Shown here piece after piece: positions 49,201-57,293 of a stretch of DNA of 64,000 nucleotides (the stretch's first letter is position 1; each line of letters begins with the position of its first letter). The position numbers and the translations under genes were made by a program. The notes under the pieces were generated by a model that saw only the letters and a program-made list of their open reading frames with translations, had not been told where the DNA came from and did no database searches. This stretch comes from Thermoanaerobaculia bacterium (lineage in GTDB: Bacteria > Acidobacteriota > Thermoanaerobaculia > Multivoradales > Multivoraceae), in NCBI GenBank assembly GCA_963664405.1, contig OY761158.1, forward strand, positions 1,888,001 to 1,952,000, in the 5' to 3' direction.

Positions 49201-49483
49201 CGCCGAGTCGTTGCGAGCCGAGGGGAGACTCGTAGAGGCTGTTCGCGCCCTGGAGAATGCCAGCGACCTCAGATTCCAGACCTATCCCCTCAGCGCCCCC
49301 GCTTGGATGTTTACCCAGACCGCGCTGGTCCGCGCCTACCGTCAGATGGGGTGGAAGGCGGAGGCCGCGACAGCCGAAGCCCAGCTTCGCGACCTCCTCC
49401 GCCTTGCGGAGCCGGACTTCGTCCTACTGCGCGAATTGGACGATCGCGAAGCCGAGAGCCTCCTCATCCCCAGCTTCGACTAA
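46271..49483 (+). CDS. Membrane Ser/Thr protein kinase with an extracytoplasmic TolB-N-like/TPR region
   Basis: GGIGRVY, VAVKVL, HRDLKTGNV, DFGLA and GTPATMAPEQ motifs, a TM helix and TPR-like repeats. Confidence 0.93.
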   Translation: MTEPIVDWPRVWELFHQTLDLPPQERRSLVEATRASDPGLATEIERLLDSHETSGLLDQPLLVDDESAPEPEAGLDPGLVLAGRFEVVREIARGGIGRVYEARDRELDARVAVKVLRPSIAGDAKSRERFRREVQLARQVTHRNACRLFDLVHDKEITFLTMEYLDGETLADRLRQHGPLSTQEALSIAKQVAAALDAAHAVGVVHRDLKTGNVMLVDEADATRAVVTDFGLAKVSGDQLAPAQAGGDPHGRLTEAGQVVGTPATMAPEQLAGGEITPATDLWAFGMLLHEIRTGSLPVRTTPGPDGGEGTPLPLQAELDRPWRNAIAACLAADPIDRPQSAGQVLAILSGEEFASGRARPGKRFRGFLATAAAAVLLATLGVMIQNKVLAPGRTTDTAQQALSLEQPAFVLIADFDNNTGEELYDGAIEAALRGELDSSGYVNVATPSLVAGALRLMRRPLTTPIDRRAAREICLRDGGIKAFLIGDISRQGSAFVLNVDVVEPNEDVSIASFTEEATEAELETALARLSSRVSEGIGEELAQIQLSDAKLSRVTTPSLRALGLYSDGDAAMRRGALNAAQPLLRAAIDEDPEFASAYNHLAWALFNVNVGAHAALTTQLTPETRGAWAETMAEVQTYSDRAIALAPLATEVERYFIRGSDLSRRISGLGAGRNELYKEAIGQYEATLELEPDHFWSARNLGALVGAPMTQGGFSAWTWGPQAWRHASLYPNDLIANISAASSYVQFGYRSQARKHVARSLELRRESQSGPILVWARFFSVHEAWMAGDLEQVRAELERLEGGRVPPGSGDMKRDYFANWYRALGVQWNDSRWTSELLPTSLRWSRGTAAYYRGDLDDLQLAFDASFLDYSGMSLVLEPVRICYLAQIGLVWEARQALTELQAIEHLSGDLPHGFPMPPLGPVLEVVEGRVLAAEGKGGRAISLLENALPRLLQNSGTLRGYGGAVPSYFEGAMGLAESLRAEGRLVEAVRALENASDLRFQTYPLSAPAWMFTQTALVRAYRQMGWKAEAATAEAQLRDLLRLAEPDFVLLRELDDREAESLLIPSFD

Positions 49484-49494
49484 GGGATGGCGGC

Positions 49495-50349
49495 TTAGGG
49501 CGTGCAAACGCCGTCGTTGTCACAGAGCACCCGCTTCACCCTGAGCTGAACGGGCATGTTGTACTCGCCCAGTTCCACCCCTTGCTTGCGAACGCTGACG
49601 ATACAGGCGTCAAAACAAGTCAGCGTCAGATCGTCGTCGCCGATTTCGGTGTCGGTGACAATCAAAGGCGAGAAGAAGGTCAGTGTCGTGACGATCTGCT
49701 GCCACTCGATCGCGGACTTCTTGCCTTTCTGATTCAGCGACGGGATCATGACCTCGAGCGTGGCCGGCCCGGCTGAGACCCCTTGCGGCAAGTCAAAGAT
49801 GCCTGTGCCGACGCGCAAGAGCGCTTCCACGTTGTCGACGCACGGATCCGGATTGGGCATGGGGACATAACCCACGACCTCGTCAGGGACCGATCCGTAG
49901 AACTCTGTGTCCAAATAGAGGCACGGACCACCTTCCAGGGGTCTGCTGAAGTCGAGCGTGAAGTGGCGGTTGTCTCCTGGTGGCAACCCATCGTTGAGGT
50001 TGGTAGAGCCGTCGTGGGTCTCAAACCAAAGCCCGTCCGGCCCGGTCAGACCGACAAAGACGTTTCCTCCCGGAGTACATTCGGGATCCCCTCCGTCAAG
50101 GGTCGTCCAGTAGTCGAAGAGGCCGTCACAAAGGGAGAGGGCCAGACCATCGCCTCTGATACCGGCTGAGGATCCATCGACCATGTCGCTGAAGACAGCG
50201 CGCTGAAATGCGGTCGACGAATTCCCCCCGCCGCCACGACCCTTTCCGCCTTTGGCGGCCGAAGCCGGCGTGACCGGCGCGAGTATCAGAACGGCCAGTC
50301 CCATTCCGCTGACAACCGCAAAGAGTCTGTTCTTTGCACATCGAGACAT
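49495..50349 (-). CDS. Secreted hypothetical protein
   Basis: GGGAGG RBS, signal peptide ending ASA-A, Gly/Lys-rich linker, and several Cys in a beta-rich body. Confidence 0.7.
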   Translation of the reverse strand: MSRCAKNRLFAVVSGMGLAVLILAPVTPASAAKGGKGRGGGGNSSTAFQRAVFSDMVDGSSAGIRGDGLALSLCDGLFDYWTTLDGGDPECTPGGNVFVGLTGPDGLWFETHDGSTNLNDGLPPGDNRHFTLDFSRPLEGGPCLYLDTEFYGSVPDEVVGYVPMPNPDPCVDNVEALLRVGTGIFDLPQGVSAGPATLEVMIPSLNQKGKKSAIEWQQIVTTLTFFSPLIVTDTEIGDDDLTLTCFDACIVSVRKQGVELGEYNMPVQLRVKRVLCDNDGVCTP

Positions 50350-50400
50350 TAGGAACCTCCCTGTCGTCAGGAGGCCGGCGCACAGTCGTCGGTCTCCTTA

Positions 50401-50433
50401 TACTAAGGCGACGTTTCTTCTGCTACCGTGCCA
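50401..50433 (-). promoter_or_regulatory. Putative ECF promoter upstream of the secreted-protein gene
   Basis: The minus strand reads TGGC acggtagcagaagaaacgt CGCCTTAGTA. Confidence 0.5.
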
Positions 50434-50476
50434 GCTCGATCACACGGCCCGCATGCCGGCCTGCGATCGAAGCGCG

Positions 50477-50574
50477 TCAAGCGAACCGGCTCTCGAGATA
50501 GCGCACGATGTCTTTCGACTCGTAGAGCCACTCGACCGCGCCATCTTCGCCCTCGATACGAAGGCACGGGACCT
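50477..50574 (-). repeat. 98-bp duplicate of the 3' end of the glutaredoxin gene (51256..51353)
   Basis: 70 bp are identical (50505-50574 = 51284-51353). The remainder diverges but still encodes YLESRFA-stop. Confidence 0.92.
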
Positions 50575-50653
50575 AGGCATCCCCGCCGGCAAATACTCGG
50601 CTGGCACCTTTTGGTGGATGCACCTTTAGTGGATCTCGGCTTGGATACATAAG

Positions 50654-50672
50654 GCACACGTTGTGCTAGAAT
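50654..50672 (+). promoter_or_regulatory. Extended -10 promoter and palindromic operator of the toxin-antitoxin operon
   Basis: GCACA-CGT-TGTGC palindrome overlapping TGnTAGAAT, 6 nt before the GTG at 50679 (leaderless geometry). Confidence 0.55.
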
Positions 50673-50678
50673 CGGAAC

Positions 50679-50951
50679 GTGAAGTACTTCTCGTGGGATC
50701 CTGAGAAGAACGAATGGTTGAAAGTGCACAGAGGCATCTCGTTCGAAGAGATCATCTTCCACATCCAGCGAGGGGACGTACTCGATCTCTTAGAGCATCA
50801 CAATCAGCAACGCTACCCTGGCCAACGCGTCATGGTAGTTCGCGTAGGTGACTACGCTTATCTAGTACCACTAGAGGAAGACGACAACGAAGTAGTTCTC
50901 AAGACCGTGATTCCGAGCCGGAAGGCCACGAGGGACTACCTCAGGAGCTGA
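50679..50951 (+). CDS. BrnT-like type II toxin
   Basis: FSWDPEKNEWLKVHRGISFEEI...LKTVIPSRKAT. Confidence 0.85.
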   Translation: MKYFSWDPEKNEWLKVHRGISFEEIIFHIQRGDVLDLLEHHNQQRYPGQRVMVVRVGDYAYLVPLEEDDNEVVLKTVIPSRKATRDYLRS

Positions 50952-50955
50952 GAGA

Positions 50956-51231
50956 ATGGGCAATCGAGACAAGGAAGAAGCTGAGCTACTCGACTCTTTT
51001 GAGCGCGGAGAGTGGAAGGCCGTCCGCGACAAGGAGCGCGAGATTGCTCGGTATCAAGGCTACGCAGAAGCGACCTTTCGCAAGGACCAGCGCGTCAACA
51101 TCCGGATTTCCGGTAAGGACCTGGATGCGCTCAAGACACGAGCGCTCGAGGAGGGCCTTCCCTACCAGACGCTCATCTCCAGCGTCCTTCACAAGTACGT
51201 GTCAGGGCGCCTCAAGGAGCGGACCACCTAG
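50956..51231 (+). CDS. CopG/BrnA-like RHH antitoxin
   Basis: KDQRVNIRISGKDLDALKTRALEEGLPYQTLISSVLHKY. Confidence 0.88.
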   Translation: MGNRDKEEAELLDSFERGEWKAVRDKEREIARYQGYAEATFRKDQRVNIRISGKDLDALKTRALEEGLPYQTLISSVLHKYVSGRLKERTT

Positions 51232-51255
51232 GAGGCTAGCCTCGACGGAGGCGGT

Positions 51256-51603
51256 TCAGGCGAAACGACTCTCGAGATAGCTGACGATGTCTTTCGACTC
51301 GTAGAGCCACTCGACCGCGCCATCTTCGCCCTCGATACGAAGGCACGGGACCTGCCGGCTACCTCCCCCTTCGACCAGATCGTCGTAGTGCTCGCGTGAG
51401 CGATGGATGTCGCGTAGCTCGACCTCGAGCCCCAACCGGGTCATGGCGCGCCGTGCGCGCACACAGAAGGGGCAGGTAACAAAGTGGTAGAGAGAGAGCG
51501 TGCCGAGCTCGTCTTCTACTCGCGATTGCTCTTCAGCGCTGCGCTCGACCACCTTCGCCGGCGTGAGGCTGAGCGAGTCCAAGAAGCTTTGAACGATTCC
51601 CAT
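51256..51603 (-). CDS. Glutaredoxin-family protein
   Basis: CPFC active site, QVPCL cis-Pro loop and WLYESKDI. Confidence 0.88.
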   Translation of the reverse strand: MGIVQSFLDSLSLTPAKVVERSAEEQSRVEDELGTLSLYHFVTCPFCVRARRAMTRLGLEVELRDIHRSREHYDDLVEGGGSRQVPCLRIEGEDGAVEWLYESKDIVSYLESRFA

Positions 51604-51743
51604 CGCGAATCCTGTCAAGGATCATAGCTGACGCGAACCGACCGCTGGTGTCGCGACGGGGCGCGTTGGCCCTCGTCGACAAGGGTCTGGTAACTGCGCC
51701 GATACGAGAGCGGGAGTCGATTCGGCGTCCGCGGCTGAGCTGC

Positions 51744-52136
51744 TCAATCCTCCGCGAGGAGACGCTGCGTATCTTCACTGAGGGTGACTCGGCGCTGCTC
51801 GCGGGTATCGAGCCAGACCCAGTGATGCACGAAGCGGGCAATCCGCCGGCCATCGCTCGCGGCTCTGACCTCGAACTCCTGCTCGAAGCCTCGCTCACTC
51901 ACGCTCAGCGTCGTCACCCGAATCGTCGCTCCTTCGTCCCAGATCAAGGGAGCAAAGTAGGTGACTTCGGTCGCCTTCTGCACGGCGTACACATGATCCG
52001 GCTTCGAAATGCCACAATGCCCTTCGAATCCGGCATAGGCCATTTCTGTAAGTGCAAGCAAGACACCAGCATGAACGATGCCCGTCGCACCGAAGGCATC
52101 CGTGTGGCGAGTCGGAAAGGTGATCTCGAAAGCCAT
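51744..52136 (-). CDS. Hot-dog-fold thioesterase (4HBT/YbgC-like)
   Basis: TDAFGATGIVHAG and VTYFAPL motifs; 130 aa. Confidence 0.7.
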   Translation of the reverse strand: MAFEITFPTRHTDAFGATGIVHAGVLLALTEMAYAGFEGHCGISKPDHVYAVQKATEVTYFAPLIWDEGATIRVTTLSVSERGFEQEFEVRAASDGRRIARFVHHWVWLDTREQRRVTLSEDTQRLLAED

Positions 52137-52166
52137 GGTCCGAGTTTACAGAAGGAGTGAAGAGAG

Positions 52167-53633
52167 ATGGGGTTGATGTCAATCGGTCGAATCTTTCAGA
52201 AGCAGGCAGAGGACGACCCGGACCGACCGGCGGTGACCCACGAGTCGAGATCCGTTACCCGTCGCGAGCTCGACCTGCGCACCAACCGACTCGCCCGAGC
52301 CTACGCTGAGTTGGGTGTCAAGCAGGACGATTTCGTCACCATCGCGCTACCCAACGGCGTCGAATTCTACGAAGCGACAATCGCGACCTGGAAGCTGGGC
52401 GCCACCCCACAGCCGGTCTCGGCCCGGATGCCCTTTCTCGAGCGCGACGCCATCATCGATCTCGCGGCACCCTCCCTCATCGTCGGTGTCGAGCCGGGAG
52501 AGCACGGAGACCGGCCCGCTCTGCCGATTGGCTACGAGGCCGACCCCTCGATCTCCGACACTGCGCTGCCCGAGCGCGTCGCCAAGCACTACAAAGCGAT
52601 GACCTCGGGGGGCAGTACCGGCCGGCCCAAGCTGATCGTAGCGGCCGGCCGCGGTGAGATCGACCTCGAGATCGACCACCCGATGCTGATCCTCCCCGAT
52701 CGCACCCATCTGGTGCCGGGACCGCTGTACCACAACGGGCCCTTCGCCTTTTCGATGGGCGCCCTCATACGGGGCAATCACGTTGTCGTCATGACCCGCT
52801 TCGATGCCTTGGAGGCACTGCACCTCATCGAGCACCATGGTGTCGACTATGTCGTTTTCGTGCCGACCATGATGCATCGCATCTTCCGCCTGCCGAAGGA
52901 AGAGCGCGAAGCCATCGACATCTCCTCACTGCGGGTCATGCTGCACGTGGCAGCGCCGTGCCCTGCCTGGCTCAAGGAGGGGTGGATCGAGTGGCTGGGG
53001 GCCGAGCGCATCATCGAGATCTACGGCGGCACCGAAGGCCAGGGAGTGACCTGGATCGATGGCAACGAGTGGCTCGACCATCGAGGCTCGGTGGGCCGTC
53101 CCAAGGAAGGCTGCCGGATGAAGATCCTCGACGAGGAGGGCCGCGAGCTGCCGGCGGGCGAGGTCGGCGAGGTCTTCATGATCCCCGACGAAGGACCGGG
53201 AACTACGTACCACTACCTCGGCGCCGAAGCTCGCGTCAGAGAAGGCTGGGAGTCTTTGGGCGACATCGGCTGGATGGACGAGGACGGATATCTCTATCTC
53301 GCCGACCGGAAATCCGACATGGTGTTGAGTGGCGGCGCCAACATCTACCCCGCCGAAGTCGAGGCCGCTCTCGAAGCGCACCCCCAGGTACGATCGAGCG
53401 CTGTCATCGGCATGCCGGACGACGACCTGGGCCAGCGTGTGCACGCCATCGTCCAGGTCGAAGGCGAGCTCGACGACGAGGAATTGCGCGAACACATGGC
53501 CGAGCGTCTGGTGCGCTACAAGGTGCCTCGCACTTTCGAATACGTCGACGAGCCGCTGCGCGACGATGCCGGCAAAGTGCGGCGATTGGCACTGCGAGCG
53601 GAGCGAATCGCGGCGATCGAGACCTCGGAGTAA
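52167..53633 (+). CDS. AMP-binding acyl-CoA ligase (bile acid-CoA ligase-like)
   Basis: TSGGSTGRPK, PLYHNGP, IYGGTE, GDIG, SGGANIYPAEVE and DDAGK motifs. Confidence 0.93.
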   Translation: MGLMSIGRIFQKQAEDDPDRPAVTHESRSVTRRELDLRTNRLARAYAELGVKQDDFVTIALPNGVEFYEATIATWKLGATPQPVSARMPFLERDAIIDLAAPSLIVGVEPGEHGDRPALPIGYEADPSISDTALPERVAKHYKAMTSGGSTGRPKLIVAAGRGEIDLEIDHPMLILPDRTHLVPGPLYHNGPFAFSMGALIRGNHVVVMTRFDALEALHLIEHHGVDYVVFVPTMMHRIFRLPKEEREAIDISSLRVMLHVAAPCPAWLKEGWIEWLGAERIIEIYGGTEGQGVTWIDGNEWLDHRGSVGRPKEGCRMKILDEEGRELPAGEVGEVFMIPDEGPGTTYHYLGAEARVREGWESLGDIGWMDEDGYLYLADRKSDMVLSGGANIYPAEVEAALEAHPQVRSSAVIGMPDDDLGQRVHAIVQVEGELDDEELREHMAERLVRYKVPRTFEYVDEPLRDDAGKVRRLALRAERIAAIETSE

Positions 53634-53777
53634 TGGACCAACTTAGCCGCGATACCACCGGAGAGCACGAGGGCCCCGAGGCTCACGTGCGAGAGGGCGG
53701 TGGACACGTAGCTGTAGGAGTTCAAGGGCAGACGGAGTAAGAGAGGGGGAGCTCTCTCTTCTGTTGCCCTACAGGGC

Positions 53778-55811
53778 TCAACCCTGGTCTCCCGCGCTCA
53801 CCGGTTCTACTCCCGCGCCGGCATCTTCCCGCGAAACTACGTGGCCAAGGTACGGGCGCCCTTCTCTGTAGAGCTGAAGCCGCTGCCTGATTCCACGGAC
53901 AACCGGATCCTGCTGTGCGCGCTGAGCGATCTCGAGCGCCTCGCCGGCGATCCTCTGCGCGGCCTCGAAGTCACCCGAGACGGCATGTGCGGCGGCGAGG
54001 GTGTCTAGCGCGAATGAGTCCTCTCGCGAGCTCAGCGCGACACCCTCGGTGGCGAGCCGAACCGCTTCGGTCGGATGCCTTATGGCCTCGTCAGGATGGA
54101 TCGCAAGAACTCTGGCTGCCGCGGTCCAGGGCACAGACCACGAAGGCTCGAGCGCTCTCGCCGCCTCAAAGTGAGCCAGCGCCTCGCCTGGCAGCCCGCT
54201 CGCGAGCCGCGCCCGCGCCAAGCCGTAGTGCGCCTTCGCAAGAGAGGGGCGTGCGTCTTCAAACGAGGGCTGGAGCTCGAGCGCAGCCGAGAAACTCGCG
54301 ATCGCTGCTTCGAGCTCGCCGCTCTCCTCATGGATGCGGGCGAGGTCAAAGTAGAGCCCTGCGCTTTGCGGATTGCGTGTGAGCGCTCGCCGGTAAGGGT
54401 CGAGCGCCCCAGCGCTGTCGCCTCGACTGAGGTGAAAGAAGTAGTAGTAGCGCGTCCGCACACGTAGATCCGGACCGATGAACCGCCGACCCAGTTGCTC
54501 CGATACCGAGTCGAGAAGCGGCCGCTCCTCGGCCCACGCGCTGAGATTTGCCAGTACCGGGCTGACAACGCCCGCCAGACCCGGAGTTGGCGTCTCCGGC
54601 TCGTCGATCGGCGGCCACGGATGGTATGCACCGAGAAGCGCGAGTGGGATCGAGACCACGAGGGCTGCTCCGAACAGCCATTTGCTACGCCGTGTCAGCA
54701 CCCGAGGTGCGAAGAAGAGCAACAACGGCACCAGCGGGATCAAGTAGCGATAGCCGTAGGACCAGCCGCCGAACGAGCGAATGAAGAGTAGGTGACCGGC
54801 AGCTGTAGCGAGGGTGGCGACTCCGAGGGCGCGGCTGACGGGGATCTCGAGCGGACCGCCGCCGCGAGCCGCGGCCACCATACCGAAAGCGCCGAAAAGA
54901 AGCACCGGAGACACCGAGAAGAAGCCATGCCACCCGAGCAGCGCAGCAAAGAGATGGCCAGGACTCGCGGGTCGCAGGCTTATAGGCACGTTGAGTTGAA
55001 GGGCGTCATCACCGTACTCGAAGACGCTACTGTGATCGACGGCCCCAGGCACCATTTTCGGCGGCAGTGGGGAGCCTACGATAGCGAGATTGGCCGAGAG
55101 AAAGAGGATGGCGCCGGCTACGAGGGCAAGAAGGGCGCGCCCAAGATCCGCCCGCTGTCCCTGGCGGCGAACGATGAACAGCACGGCAGGGACGAAAACT
55201 AGCCCGGGCACGAGATCGACACACGCGGTCAGCGCCGTCCAAACACCGGCGGCGAGACCCCGTCCCTCCCATGCGCTCCGGCACGCCAGGAACAGCAGCA
55301 GTGCCGCGACGGGGTGGTTGCTGAAGGTGGTCGTGAAACTAGTGAGAATCGTGCCGGCAGCGACTGCGCAGGTGGTCAAGAAACGCGCCGGTGTGTCGAC
55401 GCGCTCGTAGACCCCGAGCGAAGTCCAGAACACGGCGCTGAGACAGGCGGTGGGAACGGCGATCACAAACAAAGTAAGCAGGTAGACGACGACCCGCTCG
55501 TTGGCCGAGAAGTCGAGGCCGAGAGTCGTCTTTACGACGAAGTAGACGGCCGCTCCGAAGAGGCTGAGCAGGGGAGGTTTATTGCTGTAGTCCTTGCCGT
55601 CAATCGTCACCCGGTCAACGGTCCAGCCATAGCGCGAAGAGTCGATCGACGACTCTCCATAATCCACCAGTGACTCGATCTGGGCGAAGCGGGAAGCATC
55701 GTTGCCTCCGCCGAAGACCCTGCTGTGGACCAACGGCGCCAGACAGACGAGAGTCAGAGCAAACGCGAGAAAGGCACCAGGCCGCGAGCTGACGATCGAT
55801 CTGGAAACCAC
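53778..55811 (-). CDS. Polytopic membrane protein (GT-C-like) with C-terminal TPRs
   Basis: NDASRF, YSNKPP, about 10 hydrophobic segments and GYRYLIP, followed by TPR helices. Confidence 0.7.
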   Translation of the reverse strand: MVSRSIVSSRPGAFLAFALTLVCLAPLVHSRVFGGGNDASRFAQIESLVDYGESSIDSSRYGWTVDRVTIDGKDYSNKPPLLSLFGAAVYFVVKTTLGLDFSANERVVVYLLTLFVIAVPTACLSAVFWTSLGVYERVDTPARFLTTCAVAAGTILTSFTTTFSNHPVAALLLFLACRSAWEGRGLAAGVWTALTACVDLVPGLVFVPAVLFIVRRQGQRADLGRALLALVAGAILFLSANLAIVGSPLPPKMVPGAVDHSSVFEYGDDALQLNVPISLRPASPGHLFAALLGWHGFFSVSPVLLFGAFGMVAAARGGGPLEIPVSRALGVATLATAAGHLLFIRSFGGWSYGYRYLIPLVPLLLFFAPRVLTRRSKWLFGAALVVSIPLALLGAYHPWPPIDEPETPTPGLAGVVSPVLANLSAWAEERPLLDSVSEQLGRRFIGPDLRVRTRYYYFFHLSRGDSAGALDPYRRALTRNPQSAGLYFDLARIHEESGELEAAIASFSAALELQPSFEDARPSLAKAHYGLARARLASGLPGEALAHFEAARALEPSWSVPWTAAARVLAIHPDEAIRHPTEAVRLATEGVALSSREDSFALDTLAAAHAVSGDFEAAQRIAGEALEIAQRAQQDPVVRGIRQRLQLYREGRPYLGHVVSREDAGAGVEPVSAGDQG

Positions 55812-55839
55812 GAAAGGCCTGCACGCGGCGCTGCCGGCG

Positions 55840-56387
55840 CTACATAAATCCGAGTTGGAGGCGCACGGCTTCCGACATCATGTCCGGGTTCCAAGGCGGG
55901 TCGAAAAGCAACTCGATCTGCGCCCGACGCACGTCGGCAAGCTCCTCGAGCTTGCGCCGTACATCTTCTACCAGTACCGGCCCCATCCCGCAGCCCGGCG
56001 CCGTCAGGGTCATCTTGACAGCTATGTCTTGCAGCCCTTCCGAGGTGTCACCGAAGCTGCAGTCGTAGATCAGGCCGAGCTCGACCACATTGGCCGGAAT
56101 CTCCGGATCGTAGACGGTTCGCAGCAGCGCCCATTCGCGCTCTTCGAGAGTACCTTCAGGCGCGCGCTCTGCACTCCCGGCCTTGGCCGTGTCGCTCTCG
56201 TCAACTCCAAGAACATCGGCGTGGCTCGAAGCGATCCTCAACATCTGACCGAAGTCCGTCACACGGTGATGCTGCCGCCGAGGGCCTGGGTGATACGTAC
56301 CGGCGTGCCCTCGTTGAGCAGAACAGGATGACCGTCAGGGATCTGGATGGCCTCGACGTCGCGGTTTACGATGACCTGTTGATGCAT
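55840..56387 (-). pseudogene. sufT: Fe-S cluster assembly protein SufT, frameshifted
   Basis: ATG 56387 gives MHQQVIVNRDVEAIQIPDG...ITQALGGSITV then TGA. A 1-nt shift near 56262 continues into YDPEIPANVVELGLIY...MTLTAPGCGMG...FDPPW. Confidence 0.8.
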
Positions 56388-56434
56388 TTACGCTCGTCTC
56401 CTCGGGAGCGAATGCTAGCACGCGGGTGCGCCCC

Positions 56435-56770
56435 TCAGCGCGCAGTCACAGGCTCGGCGACCCCGGCCAGTCCCTCGGCAAGGCTCTCCGCCTCGAGCAC
56501 CCGCAGATCGCCATCCCCGAGCAGATTCCCGTCGACGACTTCGTAGAGCATGGGGCTCTCGAGCCCCTTGAGATCCGCCAATCCCAGCTTTCGCAGGCCG
56601 ATCTCCACCTTCTCTCCTGCGTCCTGAATCTCGGTGATGATGAGGGTCCTATCCGTAGTTTCAAAGCTGCGCAGAGGAAGTGGAGGGATCAAGTCGTCGA
56701 GGTTTCGAATCAACGGCGCGGTCGCTACGATGCCATTGTTCAGCAGCTGGCCGGAAGGAGAGAGGGAAAC
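56435..56770 (-). pseudogene. Orphan C-terminal gene fragment, ending like a class III nucleotidyl cyclase
   Basis: LRKLGLADLKGLESPMLYEVV resembles the LKG..P..YEV cyclase terminus. It has no start and abuts the ligase remnant. Confidence 0.3.
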
Positions 56771-57289
56771 AAGAACCCGCTGCAGATTCTCCACGACCGC
56801 GCCCACCTCGTGCCTGGTCCGCTCTACCACAATGCTCCCTTCGCCTTTTCGATGGGCGGCCTCATACGCGGCAACCACGTGATCGTCATGACCCGCTTCG
56901 ATGCCCTCGAGGCCGACATCGGCTGGATGGACGAGGACGGATATCTCTATCTCGCCGACCGGCAATCCGACATGGTGTTGAGTGGCGGCGCCAACATCTA
57001 CCCCGCAGAGATCGAGTCCGCTCTCGATGCTCACCCCCAAGTGAGGTCGAGTGCGGTGATCGGCATGCCCGACGATGACTTGGGCCAGCGCTTGCACGCC
57101 ATCGTCCAGGTTGAGGGTCAGCTCACCGACGACGACCTGCGCGAACACATGGCGGAGCGTCTGGTGCGCTACAAGGTGCCGCGCACTTTCGAGTACGTCG
57201 ACGAGCCGCTGCGTGACGATGCCGGCAAGATGCGACGATCGGAGCTGCTGGCGGAGCGGATCGCAGCGATGGAGAAGACCTCGGAGTAG
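56771..57289 (+). pseudogene. Truncated, internally deleted paralogue of the acyl-CoA ligase at 52167..53633
   Basis: HLVPGPLYHN...RFDALEA is joined directly to DIGWMDEDG. The equivalent of 52818-53261 (444 bp) and the N-terminus are missing. Confidence 0.9.
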
Positions 57290-57293
57290 GGCT

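Noticed and set aside
53626-53740. Segment bounded by CGGAGTAA direct repeats whose minus strand reads STALSHVSLGALVL, reminiscent of a heme A synthase helix
   Set aside because: An 8-bp repeat and a single short hydrophobic peptide are too little to distinguish from chance.
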